64,000 nt of DNA from an uncultured Actinomycetota bacterium (GTDB lineage: Bacteria > Actinomycetota > Actinomycetes > Mycobacteriales > CADCTP01): the NCBI GenBank assembly GCA_963714145.1, contig OY970235.1:6737722-6801721 (forward strand). The letters are read 5' to 3'. The position numbers and the translations under genes are program-made. Below the pieces are notes generated by a model. It had not been told where the DNA came from, did not search any database, and saw nothing but the letters and a program-made list of their open reading frames with translations. Below are positions 13,027 through 21,722 of this stretch, in pieces (within the stretch, counting starts at the first letter, position 1; the number at the start of each line of letters is the position of its first letter).

Positions 13027-13959
13027 ATGACCGGCCGCGATCGCCCCCCGGCCCCCGCCGCGGCGCTGGCCCGGCTCGGTCTGGCGGCCGCGGCGGTGTG
13101 CCTGCTGGTCGGCTGCGCCGGGCCGGCGACCCGGGTGCCGCAGGCGGTCGCGCAGGCACCGCCCACCCCGACCGCCACCCCGACACCCCCGATCCCGGCC
13201 CGCCCGGTGGCCGGGACCCGGCCGGTCACCGGCGCGCCACGGCGGGCGTCCCCGTCCCAGCCGCCCGGTGCCCCGTCCTCCGTCCGGCCGGCGCCGCCAC
13301 CCGGGCTGGTCGTGGTGCTCGACCCGGGCCACAACGGCGGCAACGCCGACCACCCGGAGATCATCAACAAGCCGGTGGACGCCGGTCTCGGCCAGCGGAA
13401 GGCGTGCAACACGGTCGGCGCCGAGACCGTCGATGGCTACCCGGAACACGCCTTCAACTTCGACGTCGCGCTGCGGGTCGAGCGGCTGCTCACCGGGCAC
13501 GGCGTCACCGTGCTGCTGACCAGGCCGGACGACACCGGGGTCGGCCCGTGCGTGGACGTCCGGGCCGAGTTCGGCAACAGCCGCGAGGCAGACGCCGTGA
13601 TCTCCATCCACGCCGACGGCGCCCCGCCCAGCGGGACCGGCTTCCACGTGATCGAGGCGGCCGGCGCACCCGGCGGCGCCGCGGTGGCCGCCGCCACCCA
13701 GCACCTGGCCCTGCGGGTCCGCGCCGCGATGCTGGCCGAGTCCGGCTTCGGCTACGCCACCTACGTCGCCGGCGGCGGGGGCCTCGACCACCGCTCCGAC
13801 CTCGGCGGCCTCAACCTCGCCACCCGCCCGTCGATCATGGTCGAGTGCGGCAACATGCGGAACCCGGCCGACGCCGCCCGGATGACCTCCCCGGCCGGCC
13901 GGCAGCGGGTCGCCACGGCTCTCGCCGACGGCATCCTGGCCGCGCTCAGCCCGGGCTGA
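13027..13959 (+). CDS. N-acetylmuramoyl-L-alanine amidase (Amidase_3), lipoprotein
   Basis: ATG at 13027. Lipobox [23 protein letters not shown] and VECGNM amidase_3 motifs. Confidence 0.85.
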   Translation: MTGRDRPPAPAAALARLGLAAAAVCLLVGCAGPATRVPQAVAQAPPTPTATPTPPIPARPVAGTRPVTGAPRRASPSQPPGAPSSVRPAPPPGLVVVLDPGHNGGNADHPEIINKPVDAGLGQRKACNTVGAETVDGYPEHAFNFDVALRVERLLTGHGVTVLLTRPDDTGVGPCVDVRAEFGNSREADAVISIHADGAPPSGTGFHVIEAAGAPGGAAVAAATQHLALRVRAAMLAESGFGYATYVAGGGGLDHRSDLGGLNLATRPSIMVECGNMRNPADAARMTSPAGRQRVATALADGILAALSPG

Positions 13960-14113
13960 GCCTCAGCGCCGCTGGCCGGCCCGGGTGACCAGGCCGGGTG
14001 ACCGGCCCGGGTGACCGGGCCGGCTGGCCGGTCCGGCTGGCCGGTCCGGCTGGCCGGTCCGCGCGGGCCGGTCCGGGTGGCCGCGAGGGTGAGCTCAGCG
14101 GTTGAGCGGTGGG

Positions 14114-16138
14114 TCAGCCGGTGGGGTCGATCCGGCGGGCGCCGAGGGTGGATTCGAGCAGCGAGATCGCGGCCTGCTCCGGGTCGGCGCGCGGCGGCGG
14201 GCTGGCCGCCGGTGCGCCGGGCTGGTAGCCGGGGTCGTCGTCCCGGGGGTCGTCGGGGGGCGGCTCGGCCGCGCCGGCGCGCCCACCGCCGGCCGCCGTG
14301 CCGCCGTCCACCTGGACCTTGACCCGCCAGTCGACGCCGAGCACGTCCCGCACCGCGCCGCGTACGCACTCGAGGTTGAGCTCCTCGCCGAGCAGCCGGG
14401 ACAGCGGCTCGGACGAGATCGCCAACGTGAGCAGCCCGCCGCCGACCGACTGCACCGACACGTTCATCAGCAGCGCGTGCGTGGTGCGGCGACGGCGCTT
14501 GACCGCCTCCAGCACCTCCGGCCAGATCCGCCGGACCGCCGCCGCGTCGATCTCCCCCGCCGGCACCGGCGCCGGGCGCTGCGGCGCCGCCGGCTGCGCT
14601 GGACGGGCCGCGCCCTGGTCTGCTGCCGGACCACGGCCGGTGGCCCCGTCCGAAGCGCGACCCGGGCCGTCCGGAACCTGCCCCGGGCGACCGCCGGCGG
14701 CCCGACTCGAACCATCCTCCGGTTGGCCAGGCGCGCCGCCCGACGGTTGGCCCGACGCGGCGTCCGCGGCCCGGCCCGGCGCGTTGCCGCCGGCCCGGCC
14801 CGGCCCGCCACCCGAGGCGGCCCGACCGGCGGCGGACCGCGCGGCGGGCTCGGCCGGCCGCTCCGTCGCCGCGGCGTCTGCCGGCGCCCGCCGGTCGTCG
14901 CCGGCCGGGGCGGCCCGCGGCCCGGCCGGGGCAGCCCGCGGCCCGGCCGGGGCGGCCTCGGCCGGCGTGGCGCCGGTCATCGTCAGCCGCCGCTCCAGCC
15001 GTTCCAGCCGCTGCAGCACCGCGCCATCCTCGCCGGACGCCGCCGGCAGCATCATCCGCGCACAGAGCAGTTCCAGCAGCAGCCGCGGCGAGGTGGTGCC
15101 GCGCATCTCGACCAGCCCGGTGTGCACGATGTCGGCCAGCCGGGACAGTGTCGCCGTGCCGAGCCGGGCCGCCTGGTCGGTCATCCGGTCGAACTGGTCG
15201 GCCGGCCCGTCCAGCAGGCCTTTCGTGACCGCGTCCGGCACCGCGTCCAGGATCACCAGGTCGCGCAGGCGTTCCAGCAGGTCGACGGCGAACCGGCGCG
15301 GGTCGTGCCCGGCGTCTACCACCTTGTCGACGGTCTGGTAGACGGCGGCGCGGTCACCGGCGGCCAGCGCGTCCACGATCTCGTCCAGCAGCGCCGCGTC
15401 GGTGACGCCGAGCAGGGCGACCGCGCGGGCGTACGTCACACCCTCCGCGCCGGCCCCGGCGAGCAACTGGTCCATGACCGACAGCGAGTCACGCGCCGAC
15501 CCACCACCGGCCCGGACCACCACCGGATACACCGGCGGCTCCACCTTGACCGCCTCGGCTGTGCAGATCTGCTCCAGCAGGCCGCGCATCTTGCCCGGCG
15601 GCATCAGCCGGAACGGGTAGTGATGGGTGCGGGACCGGATCGTCGGCAGCACCTTGTCCGGCTCGGTGGTGGCGAAGACGAACACGAGGAAGTCCGGCGG
15701 CTCCTCGACGAGCTTCAGCAGGGCGTTGAAGCCCTGCGTGCTCACCATGTGCGCCTCGTCCACGATGTAGACCTTGTAGCGCGAGCTCACCGGCGCGAAG
15801 AAGGCCCGCTCCCGCAGGTCACGCGCGTCGTCCACGCCGCCGTGCGAGGCCGCGTCGATCTCGATCACGTCCAGGCTGCCCGGCCCGTCCGGAGCCAGCG
15901 CCACGCAGGAGTCACAGACCCCGCACGGCTCCGGCGTCGGACCCTTCACGCAGTTCAGCGACCGCGCCAGGATCCGCGCGCTGGACGTCTTGCCACACCC
16001 GCGCGGCCCGGAGAACAGGTACGCGTGGTTGATCCGCCCCGACCGCAACGCCTGCGCGAGCGGTTCGGTGACGTGGTCTTGCCCGATCACCTCGGCGAAC
16101 GTCGCCGGACGGTACTTGCGGTACAGCGCGAGAGCCAC
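14114..16138 (-). CDS. dnaX: DNA polymerase III subunits gamma/tau
   Basis: Proposed GTG start at 16138 (VALALYRKYRPATFAEVIGQ). Walker A GPRGCGKTS. Long Pro/Ala/Gly-rich linker typical of actinobacterial tau. Confidence 0.92.
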   Translation of the reverse strand: MALALYRKYRPATFAEVIGQDHVTEPLAQALRSGRINHAYLFSGPRGCGKTSSARILARSLNCVKGPTPEPCGVCDSCVALAPDGPGSLDVIEIDAASHGGVDDARDLRERAFFAPVSSRYKVYIVDEAHMVSTQGFNALLKLVEEPPDFLVFVFATTEPDKVLPTIRSRTHHYPFRLMPPGKMRGLLEQICTAEAVKVEPPVYPVVVRAGGGSARDSLSVMDQLLAGAGAEGVTYARAVALLGVTDAALLDEIVDALAAGDRAAVYQTVDKVVDAGHDPRRFAVDLLERLRDLVILDAVPDAVTKGLLDGPADQFDRMTDQAARLGTATLSRLADIVHTGLVEMRGTTSPRLLLELLCARMMLPAASGEDGAVLQRLERLERRLTMTGATPAEAAPAGPRAAPAGPRAAPAGDDRRAPADAAATERPAEPAARSAAGRAASGGGPGRAGGNAPGRAADAASGQPSGGAPGQPEDGSSRAAGGRPGQVPDGPGRASDGATGRGPAADQGAARPAQPAAPQRPAPVPAGEIDAAAVRRIWPEVLEAVKRRRRTTHALLMNVSVQSVGGGLLTLAISSEPLSRLLGEELNLECVRGAVRDVLGVDWRVKVQVDGGTAAGGGRAGAAEPPPDDPRDDDPGYQPGAPAASPPPRADPEQAAISLLESTLGARRIDPTG

Positions 16139-16171
16139 GAGCGGCAACCCTAGTCGCAACCACCGACAGGA

Positions 16172-16266
16172 AGGACCCCCCGTGCACCCGCCAGAGCTCG
16201 CTTACCCTTGCTGCCTTCCGGCCCTGGGGGAGTTCACAAGGTGGACGCCGCACGAGGGGTCCCAGG
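16172..16266 (-). ncRNA. ffs: signal recognition particle RNA (small bacterial SRP / 4.5S)
   Basis: The minus strand reads ...CCUCGUGCGGCGUCCACCUUGUGAACUCCCCCAGGGCCGGAAGGCAGCAAGGGUAAGCGAGCUCUGGCGGGUGCACGGGGGG. It contains the conserved domain IV GGAAGGCAGCA motif and pairing ends. Its position upstream of dnaX is the conserved actinobacterial arrangement. Ends are approximate. Confidence 0.8.
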
Positions 16267-16316
16267 CCACTGTACTGCCACGCGCCCCACCCCGACCGCC
16301 CGGTACACTCCCGCCC

Positions 16317-16401
16317 GGAGGATTCGCCTAGTGGCCTAGGGCGCACGCTTGGAAAGCGTGTTGGGGGCAACCCCTCAAGAGTTCGAATCTCTTATCCTCC
16401 G
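16317..16401 (+). tRNA. tRNA-Ser (anticodon GGA)
   Basis: Acceptor GGAGGAT/ATCCTCC, anticodon stem CACGC/GCGTG with loop TTGGAAA, long variable arm TTGGGGGCAACCCCTC, T-arm AAGAG-TTCGAAT-CTCTT. CCA is not encoded. Confidence 0.93.
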
Positions 16402-16407
16402 CGTCTC
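16348..16407 (+). repeat. attL core: 60 bp of tRNA-Ser(GGA), from the anticodon loop to 6 bp past the 3' end, identical to 32920-32979
   Basis: cttggaaagcgtgttgggggcaacccctcaagagttcgaatctcttatcctccgcgtctc was read at both positions. Confidence 0.85.
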
Positions 16408-16562
16408 TGACCAGGGCAAACGCCGGCCGTGTGGGGTACGCCGTGTCCCACGGGTGCCGGGTCCGTCTCAGTTCCCGTCTCAGTCGGAGGTTGGGTGCCT
16501 AGACCGTCCAGCCTCGCTGTGGCCGGCCGCAGGGTCGGAGCACCGTCCCGGCGGAGGCCAGG

Positions 16563-17381
16563 ATGAACCGTCAGATCGAAGCAGCACCGCCAGTCGACTG
16601 GCGTGACCTTGAGGAGAGGGCGGCGCGGATCCTCGCGGACTGCGGCATGGAGACCCTGCGTGCGCACAAGATGGCGACGGTCCGCGGCGAAGTCGTGGTC
16701 GACGTACACGCTGTAGATCCGACCACTACTCCTCAGACAACCATCATCGTGGAGTGCAAGAATTGGCGAAAGCGGGTGCCGAAGACAGTCGTCCACGCTT
16801 TCCGGACTGTCCTTGGTGACACTGGCGTCAACTTAGGACTCCTGCTCTCGGCAGCCGGGTTTCAGAGTGGAGCCCTAGAAGCCGCGGCGCACAGCAACAT
16901 TCGCCTACTCGACTGGCGAGCGTTCGAAGAGATGTTCGTCGAGCGGTGGAGACGAGATTGCATGGTACCGAAGGTCCTAGACCAGGCGGAGCCACTGTTG
17001 GAGTACACCGAGCCGGTCAACTTCCGCATCTTTCCGCACCTTGAGGCGCTTCCCCCGACGAAACAGGCCAGATTCTCGGCGCTCCAGGACAAGCACCTTG
17101 CCTTGGCCTATCTCCTGACACCATGGTCTGTCGCGCGATTTCTGAGCCTGCGTCCGACCTCGCGGGTGCCATCGCCGGACCGGCAGCTTGAAGCACTAAC
17201 ACTACCTCTGCGCGAGTATTTGCCAGTCGCTTGGGTAGGCGCTGACGGCGACCGACTCGTGCAGGGCCTGCCAGAGGAAGTTCTCGACGCGAACGCACTC
17301 AGACCCTTGCTGGACGCGCTCCTCGCTAGCATTCGGGCGGCCATAGCTGAATTCGACGAGGTATTCGGAGGGCGTGCCTAA
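16563..17381 (+). CDS. Mrr-like (PD-(D/E)xK) restriction endonuclease domain protein with unknown C-terminal half
   Basis: N-terminal WRDLEERAARILADCGMET...VVVDVHAVD...TIIVECKNWRKRVPKTVVHAFRTVLGDTGVNLGLLLSAAGFQSGALEAA matches the Mrr_cat pattern (D...ExK, then a v..l.g segment, then s.gF). About 150 aa at the C-terminus are unassigned. GC is visibly lower than the core genome. Confidence 0.7.
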   Translation: MNRQIEAAPPVDWRDLEERAARILADCGMETLRAHKMATVRGEVVVDVHAVDPTTTPQTTIIVECKNWRKRVPKTVVHAFRTVLGDTGVNLGLLLSAAGFQSGALEAAAHSNIRLLDWRAFEEMFVERWRRDCMVPKVLDQAEPLLEYTEPVNFRIFPHLEALPPTKQARFSALQDKHLALAYLLTPWSVARFLSLRPTSRVPSPDRQLEALTLPLREYLPVAWVGADGDRLVQGLPEEVLDANALRPLLDALLASIRAAIAEFDEVFGGRA

Positions 17382-17404
17382 CGTCCGCTGTCCGGAGCCG
17401 CGTC

Positions 17405-17795
17405 CAGAATATTTCTCCGACCTGAGCCGCGATGACGCACCGGATCTTGCTGGTCACATGTCGGTAGGGCTTGCCATGCCGGTGTCGGCCCAGCGTATGA
17501 GGGGCATGACGGTGCACTCGGGGACACCGACGACCAGGGAGGACGGTAGCGGCGTTGTGGCGAACGTCGCGCAGGCGGGGCGGCGCGGGACTCGGGTCGT
17601 GCGGAGGAGTCGTTTTCTAGTCGTGGTAGTCGGTGCTGGGGCCGACCGCTTGGCCGGTGGGTGAGGTGATGACCCAGTCGCTTTCGCACCAGAGCGGGGC
17701 GACGGGCTGACGCTCGCGGTCCTGCGCGACGCGGTGGGCGCGCAGAACCTCGCCAGCTCGTCAGGTAGGCCGACGACGCGGCGGCCATTGCCGGA
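17405..17795 (-). pseudogene. remnant of a second tyrosine integrase (C-terminal catalytic part only, frameshifted)
   Basis: About 360 nt align by eye at roughly 70-75% identity with 18480-18850 of the intact int gene (e.g. tcgtggtagtcggtgct, ccggtgggtgaggtga, gctcgcggtcctg). The coding sense is split between two track frames (17454-17957 and 17378-17788). Confidence 0.75.
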
Positions 17796-17822
17796 GGCCG
17801 ACGGTCGAGCGAGTATCAGCAA

Positions 17823-18377
17823 ATGTCGGCGAAGTGTCCCCGTGCGCCCGCTGAGCTCGCTATTGTGATCGGCATGGGCTACAGAATGACTGGCTTCAGC
17901 GCCTTCGGCCTTGGCGTCGAGTGGGAGAAGGTTCCAGGCGACGAAAAGGTGGCACACCGCGTGATCGCCTACCTTGAAAATCGACGGCTATTGTTCGGAT
18001 CGCGCCATTCCAAAGATCAGGACCACTGCGTCGCCTCGGCGATCGAGATTCGCAACTATCTGACGACCGAGCTTGGCTTGACCAAGCAAGGCAGCAGCCT
18101 GTCCATGAGTCTGCGCGCGATTCGGGCGGCCTGCCGGCAGTTCGTGGAGGCAGGTGGGCCGCGCGGACGGAACTTCCTCGGAGACGCGCCCTGGGACGCT
18201 GGGCCCTTTGGTCTCGCTCTCGGCGACCTCCGGACTCTCGTTGGTTGGCAGGTGGCCACGATCGCAGGCGAGTACGAGATCGAGGTCGAGCCCGAACTCG
18301 CCGCGATCATGCCGCCTTCGTTGGACTCTGACGAGGATGACCCGTCGTGGCTACCGGGCTTCGAGGACCAGACGTGA
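17823..18377 (+). CDS. hypothetical protein (no recognisable domain)
   Basis: 184 aa ORF; the start is more likely the ATG at 17874 (MGYRMTGFSAFGLGVEWEKV). Its stop lies 1 nt from the convergent int stop. Acidic C-terminal tail. Confidence 0.5.
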   Translation: MSAKCPRAPAELAIVIGMGYRMTGFSAFGLGVEWEKVPGDEKVAHRVIAYLENRRLLFGSRHSKDQDHCVASAIEIRNYLTTELGLTKQGSSLSMSLRAIRAACRQFVEAGGPRGRNFLGDAPWDAGPFGLALGDLRTLVGWQVATIAGEYEIEVEPELAAIMPPSLDSDEDDPSWLPGFEDQT

Positions 18378-18378
18378 C

Positions 18379-19659
18379 TTAGCTGTCATCGCTTGCACCC
18401 TCTTCTCCGTCGGCTGCGTCTTGAGCCTTGTCGTCCTTCACCGGCCTGGGTGCCCATAGGAGCCCGCCGACCTGCCCCGCGATGTCGTGTCGGACTTGGC
18501 TCGTGATGTGCTGGTAGCGCTTGGCCAGGCCGGTGTCTGCCCAGCCCATCAGTGCCATGACCGCCCGCTCAGGTACACCGAGGATCAGCAGGACCGTGGC
18601 GGCGGTGTGGCGGGCGTCGTGCAGGCGAGCGTCGCGGACTCCGGCGACGCGGAGAAGCCGTTTCCAATCGTGGTAGTCGGTGCTCGGGTTGACCGGCCGG
18701 CCGGTGGGTGAGGTGAAGATCCAGTCGCCGTCGTGCCAGAGCTGGCCGGCGAGCTGGCGCTCGCGGTCCTGTTCGTCGCGGTGGATGCCCAAGAGCTTCA
18801 CCAGCTCCTCGGGTAGACCGATGGCGCGGCGGCCGTTGGCCGATTTCGTGTTGCCGGCTTCCGACCGGATGAGCCGGCGAGCTGGGCAGTAGCCGGCGCG
18901 GTCCCGGTCGCACTTCCCGTCGCAGCCGTGCTCGTACTTCGGACGGTTGCGGCTCCGGCGGACGAAGAGCGACGCGTCGTCGAGGTCGACGTCCGGCCAG
19001 CGGAGGCCGAGCGCCTCGCCCTGACGGAGGCCGAGCGCGAGCGCGACCGCCCAGCGGACACCGTTTCGCCGCTCCGCGGCGGCGGCCAGGATGCGCTGAA
19101 CCTCGTCGACCGTGTACGGCTCGACCTCGGTCTCGGTCAGCCGAGGCGGCTTCGCCAGCTCGGCTGGGTTGATCGTGATATGGCCACGACGGACCGCTTC
19201 GCCGAGCGCGGTACGGATTGTGCGGTGCGCCTGATGGGCCGTGGCCGGCGAGCTGCCCTTGGCCTGCATTCGCTTGTAGAGCTTTTCGAGGTGTTCCGGC
19301 TGGAGCTTGTCGAGGCGGTGCGCGCCCACGCCGGGGATGAGGTGGACGCGGACGGCGACCCGATAGCCAGCGAGCGTGTTCTCCGAGATGGACGGCGCGG
19401 CGATCTCCTCGACCCAGTGGTTCAGCCACTGCTCGACGGTCGAGGGGCGGCCGGGTTTGCGTACGTGGCCGGAGTCGCGCTGCTTCTCCAGCTCGCGCAC
19501 CTTGCGGTACACCTCGGTCCGTGTCTTCGCTTCGACGTGCCGACGGTCCGGCTTGCCGTCGTCGCGCGTTCCCATCGTGACCCGGCCGTGCCACTTGCCG
19601 TCCTTGCCGAGGTAGATCGAAGATGCGCCGTTCGGAGCGCGGCCCTTGTCGCTAGGCAT
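18379..19659 (-). CDS. int: tyrosine-type site-specific integrase
   Basis: 426 aa. N-terminal SAM-like/core-binding domain. Catalytic region LALGLRQGEALGLRW...HDARHTAATVLL...VMALMGWADTGLAKRYQH contains the R..HxxR..Y elements. Confidence 0.92.
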   Translation of the reverse strand: MPSDKGRAPNGASSIYLGKDGKWHGRVTMGTRDDGKPDRRHVEAKTRTEVYRKVRELEKQRDSGHVRKPGRPSTVEQWLNHWVEEIAAPSISENTLAGYRVAVRVHLIPGVGAHRLDKLQPEHLEKLYKRMQAKGSSPATAHQAHRTIRTALGEAVRRGHITINPAELAKPPRLTETEVEPYTVDEVQRILAAAAERRNGVRWAVALALGLRQGEALGLRWPDVDLDDASLFVRRSRNRPKYEHGCDGKCDRDRAGYCPARRLIRSEAGNTKSANGRRAIGLPEELVKLLGIHRDEQDRERQLAGQLWHDGDWIFTSPTGRPVNPSTDYHDWKRLLRVAGVRDARLHDARHTAATVLLILGVPERAVMALMGWADTGLAKRYQHITSQVRHDIAGQVGGLLWAPRPVKDDKAQDAADGEEGASDDS

Positions 19660-19670
19660 GGGGCGGCTCC

Positions 19671-19898
19671 TCAGGCGGCCGGCCGGTCGGCGGCCAGGCC
19701 GCGGAGCCGGTCGAGGAAGGCGGGTAGGGCGTCGGCTGGGATGCGGCGGAGCCGTCCAATTTGGACGGACTCGACTTCGCCGGCCTTGACGAGTGCGTAG
19801 ACGAGGGTGCGGCCGATGCCGAGTTGGTCGGCGGCTTCCTCAATGGTGAGCAGGAGCCGAGCGGGAACGGTGGTGGGCTGGTCGGGGTGCTGGAACAT
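19671..19898 (-). CDS. xis: excisionase-family helix-turn-helix DNA-binding protein
   Basis: 75 aa. LLTIEEAADQLGIGRTLVYALVKAGEVESVQIGRLRRIP is the excisionase/MerR-like HTH_17 pattern. Located directly upstream of int. Confidence 0.85.
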   Translation of the reverse strand: MFQHPDQPTTVPARLLLTIEEAADQLGIGRTLVYALVKAGEVESVQIGRLRRIPADALPAFLDRLRGLAADRPAA

Positions 19899-20144
19899 GG
19901 CGAGCCTTTCGAGGCGGGGTTTGGGTGGGCCGGCGGCGGGGCCGAGCGGGCGGGAGAACGCCGGATCGGTCCGGGCGGAGGTCGAGGACTGGGCCGCGGT
20001 CGGCGACCGGTGGCGGGCCTCTGGGGGATCCCTGTACGGGCCATAGAGCGCCGTTCTCGGGCCGGCCGGTGTGAGGGACCGGGGCGGCGGCCGAGGCCGT
20101 CACGGCGGGGCGCCGCACAGAACTCGCGGAACCCACAGAAGGGG

Positions 20145-21722
20145 TCATCGCCGGCCTCCGGCGGGCGGTTCTGTGGGTTGTGTGGGTTCTGTGCAGGCGG
20201 GGTGGACCTCGTAGGCCGGCGACGGCGGTCGGCCGCCTTGCGGCGTCGATGCCGGCGGCGGGACGGGCCGGATGTGGCCGTGGTCGACCAGCAGCCCGAG
20301 TGCCGGGTCGAGGTCGGTGACCTTGCGGTACCGGGTACCGCGTAATGCGGCGAATGCGTCGCGGCGGGTGAATCGGTCGGCGCCGGTGCGGGCGATCCAG
20401 TCGAGGACGGCGCGGCCGTCGTCGACGAGGGGATCGGCGCCCATGTGGTCGAAGACTGCGAGCGCGTGGGCGAGGTAGTAGTGGCCGAGCCGGGCGGCGG
20501 CGTCCACTGTGGACGCGGGCACCGGCCTGTTCCAGCCGCTGTCGTGGTGGGTTGCGACGTGCAGGAGTCCGGCGATGCGGACGGTTGCGCCGGTGAGTTT
20601 GGATGCCCAGTCGGCGAGGTGGCCGAGGTCGCCGGTGCCGGCGGCGAGGCGGGGTTCGATGGCGGTTTCGAGGTCGAGGACACGGGCGTCGGCGTCGGGC
20701 GCGAGCGGGAGGACGGCGGGGTCGGTCCAGTCGGCGAGCGCGAGGACCAGGGCGCGGAGGTTGTCCGCGTAGCCGGCGGTCACGGCGGCGGGCGGCGGCG
20801 GGGTGCCGATGCGGCGGCGGCCGACGGTGTTGGCCGGCAGCGAGTAGAGGATGCGGGCGAGCAGTCCGCGGCCGCGGAAGCCGGGCATGCGTGCGATGTC
20901 GACCAGGACTTCGGGTTGGACGGCGAGGCCGAGGGTGAGGGCGGGTTGTTCGACGTGCTCGGCGGGCCGGCCTTTGCGGTCGACGCGGAGCATGTCTCCG
21001 GCGTGGCCCTTGAGGAACACTTCGAGGTTCGGCGCGCCGGAGTAGCGGCCGGCCAGTGTGGTGAAGATGCCGGCCTCGGCCGACAGGACGGCGAGCCGGC
21101 CGCCCTGCTCGGCCAGCAGCGACGCCGCGGCCTCGGGGGTGACGTCGTCGGCGACCAGCCGAGGCAGCACCGGGACATTGATCTCGTCGGCGGCGAGCGC
21201 GGCCGAGGATGCGTCGGCGAACGCGGTCATGCGCGCGTCAGTGGTTGCGGCGTTCTCGGCGGCCTTCGCGGTCCGCTCGGCCCGTGCCCGGGCGACCCGG
21301 GCGGCGAGCTCGGCCTCGACGACCTGCGGGCGGGCCAGCTCGACGAGCGCGGCCTCGGCTGCCAGTAGTGGTGCGGTCATGGCGGCGAAGACCGCCGACT
21401 TGCGGGAGCCGGGCGGCATCGCTACCGCGGTGAACAGGTTGACCGGCTCCCGCCAGCCGGGCCGAACCTCGACCACGGCCCGGCCGCCGGCCGCGGTCGA
21501 AATCGCGGCGAGTGCGATGCAGCCGGCGAGGTCGGCCGGGGTCTGGGTGAACTCGGCGACCGCGGCGACCTGGTCGCCGAGCCAGCCCGGTAGCGCGTCG
21601 ACCGGGAACGGCGGGAGCAGCCGACGAGCGGACAGCGGCACCGGCTCGCCGTCCCATCCAGTGCCGGCCAGCACCCGCAGCGGCCGGCCGGGATCGGCTC
21701 CGGCAGGGTCAAGGGCAGTCAT
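20145..21722 (-). CDS. DUF3987 (YfjI-like) protein, putative replication helicase/loader partner of prim-pol
   Basis: ATG at 21722 (MTALDPAGADPG...) makes an ATGA overlap with the upstream stop. PPFPVDALPGWLGDQVAAVAEFTQTPADLAG...AMPPGSRKSAVF is the DUF3987 signature as I recall it. The 5' part of the track ORF is low complexity and rejected. Confidence 0.7.
   Translation of the reverse strand: MTALDPAGADPGRPLRVLAGTGWDGEPVPLSARRLLPPFPVDALPGWLGDQVAAVAEFTQTPADLAGCIALAAISTAAGGRAVVEVRPGWREPVNLFTAVAMPPGSRKSAVFAAMTAPLLAAEAALVELARPQVVEAELAARVARARAERTAKAAENAATTDARMTAFADASSAALAADEINVPVLPRLVADDVTPEAAASLLAEQGGRLAVLSAEAGIFTTLAGRYSGAPNLEVFLKGHAGDMLRVDRKGRPAEHVEQPALTLGLAVQPEVLVDIARMPGFRGRGLLARILYSLPANTVGRRRIGTPPPPAAVTAGYADNLRALVLALADWTDPAVLPLAPDADARVLDLETAIEPRLAAGTGDLGHLADWASKLTGATVRIAGLLHVATHHDSGWNRPVPASTVDAAARLGHYYLAHALAVFDHMGADPLVDDGRAVLDWIARTGADRFTRRDAFAALRGTRYRKVTDLDPALGLLVDHGHIRPVPPPASTPQGGRPPSPAYEVHPACTEPTQPTEPPAGGRR

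Noticed and set aside
13975-14065. CRISPR array.
   Set aside because: The repeats are 10-13 bp, directly abutting without spacers. No cas genes are present anywhere in the window.
14114-16138. dnaX gamma-subunit frameshift site (as in E. coli).
   Set aside because: I saw no A-rich slippery sequence (A AAA AAG type) in the gene. No evidence.
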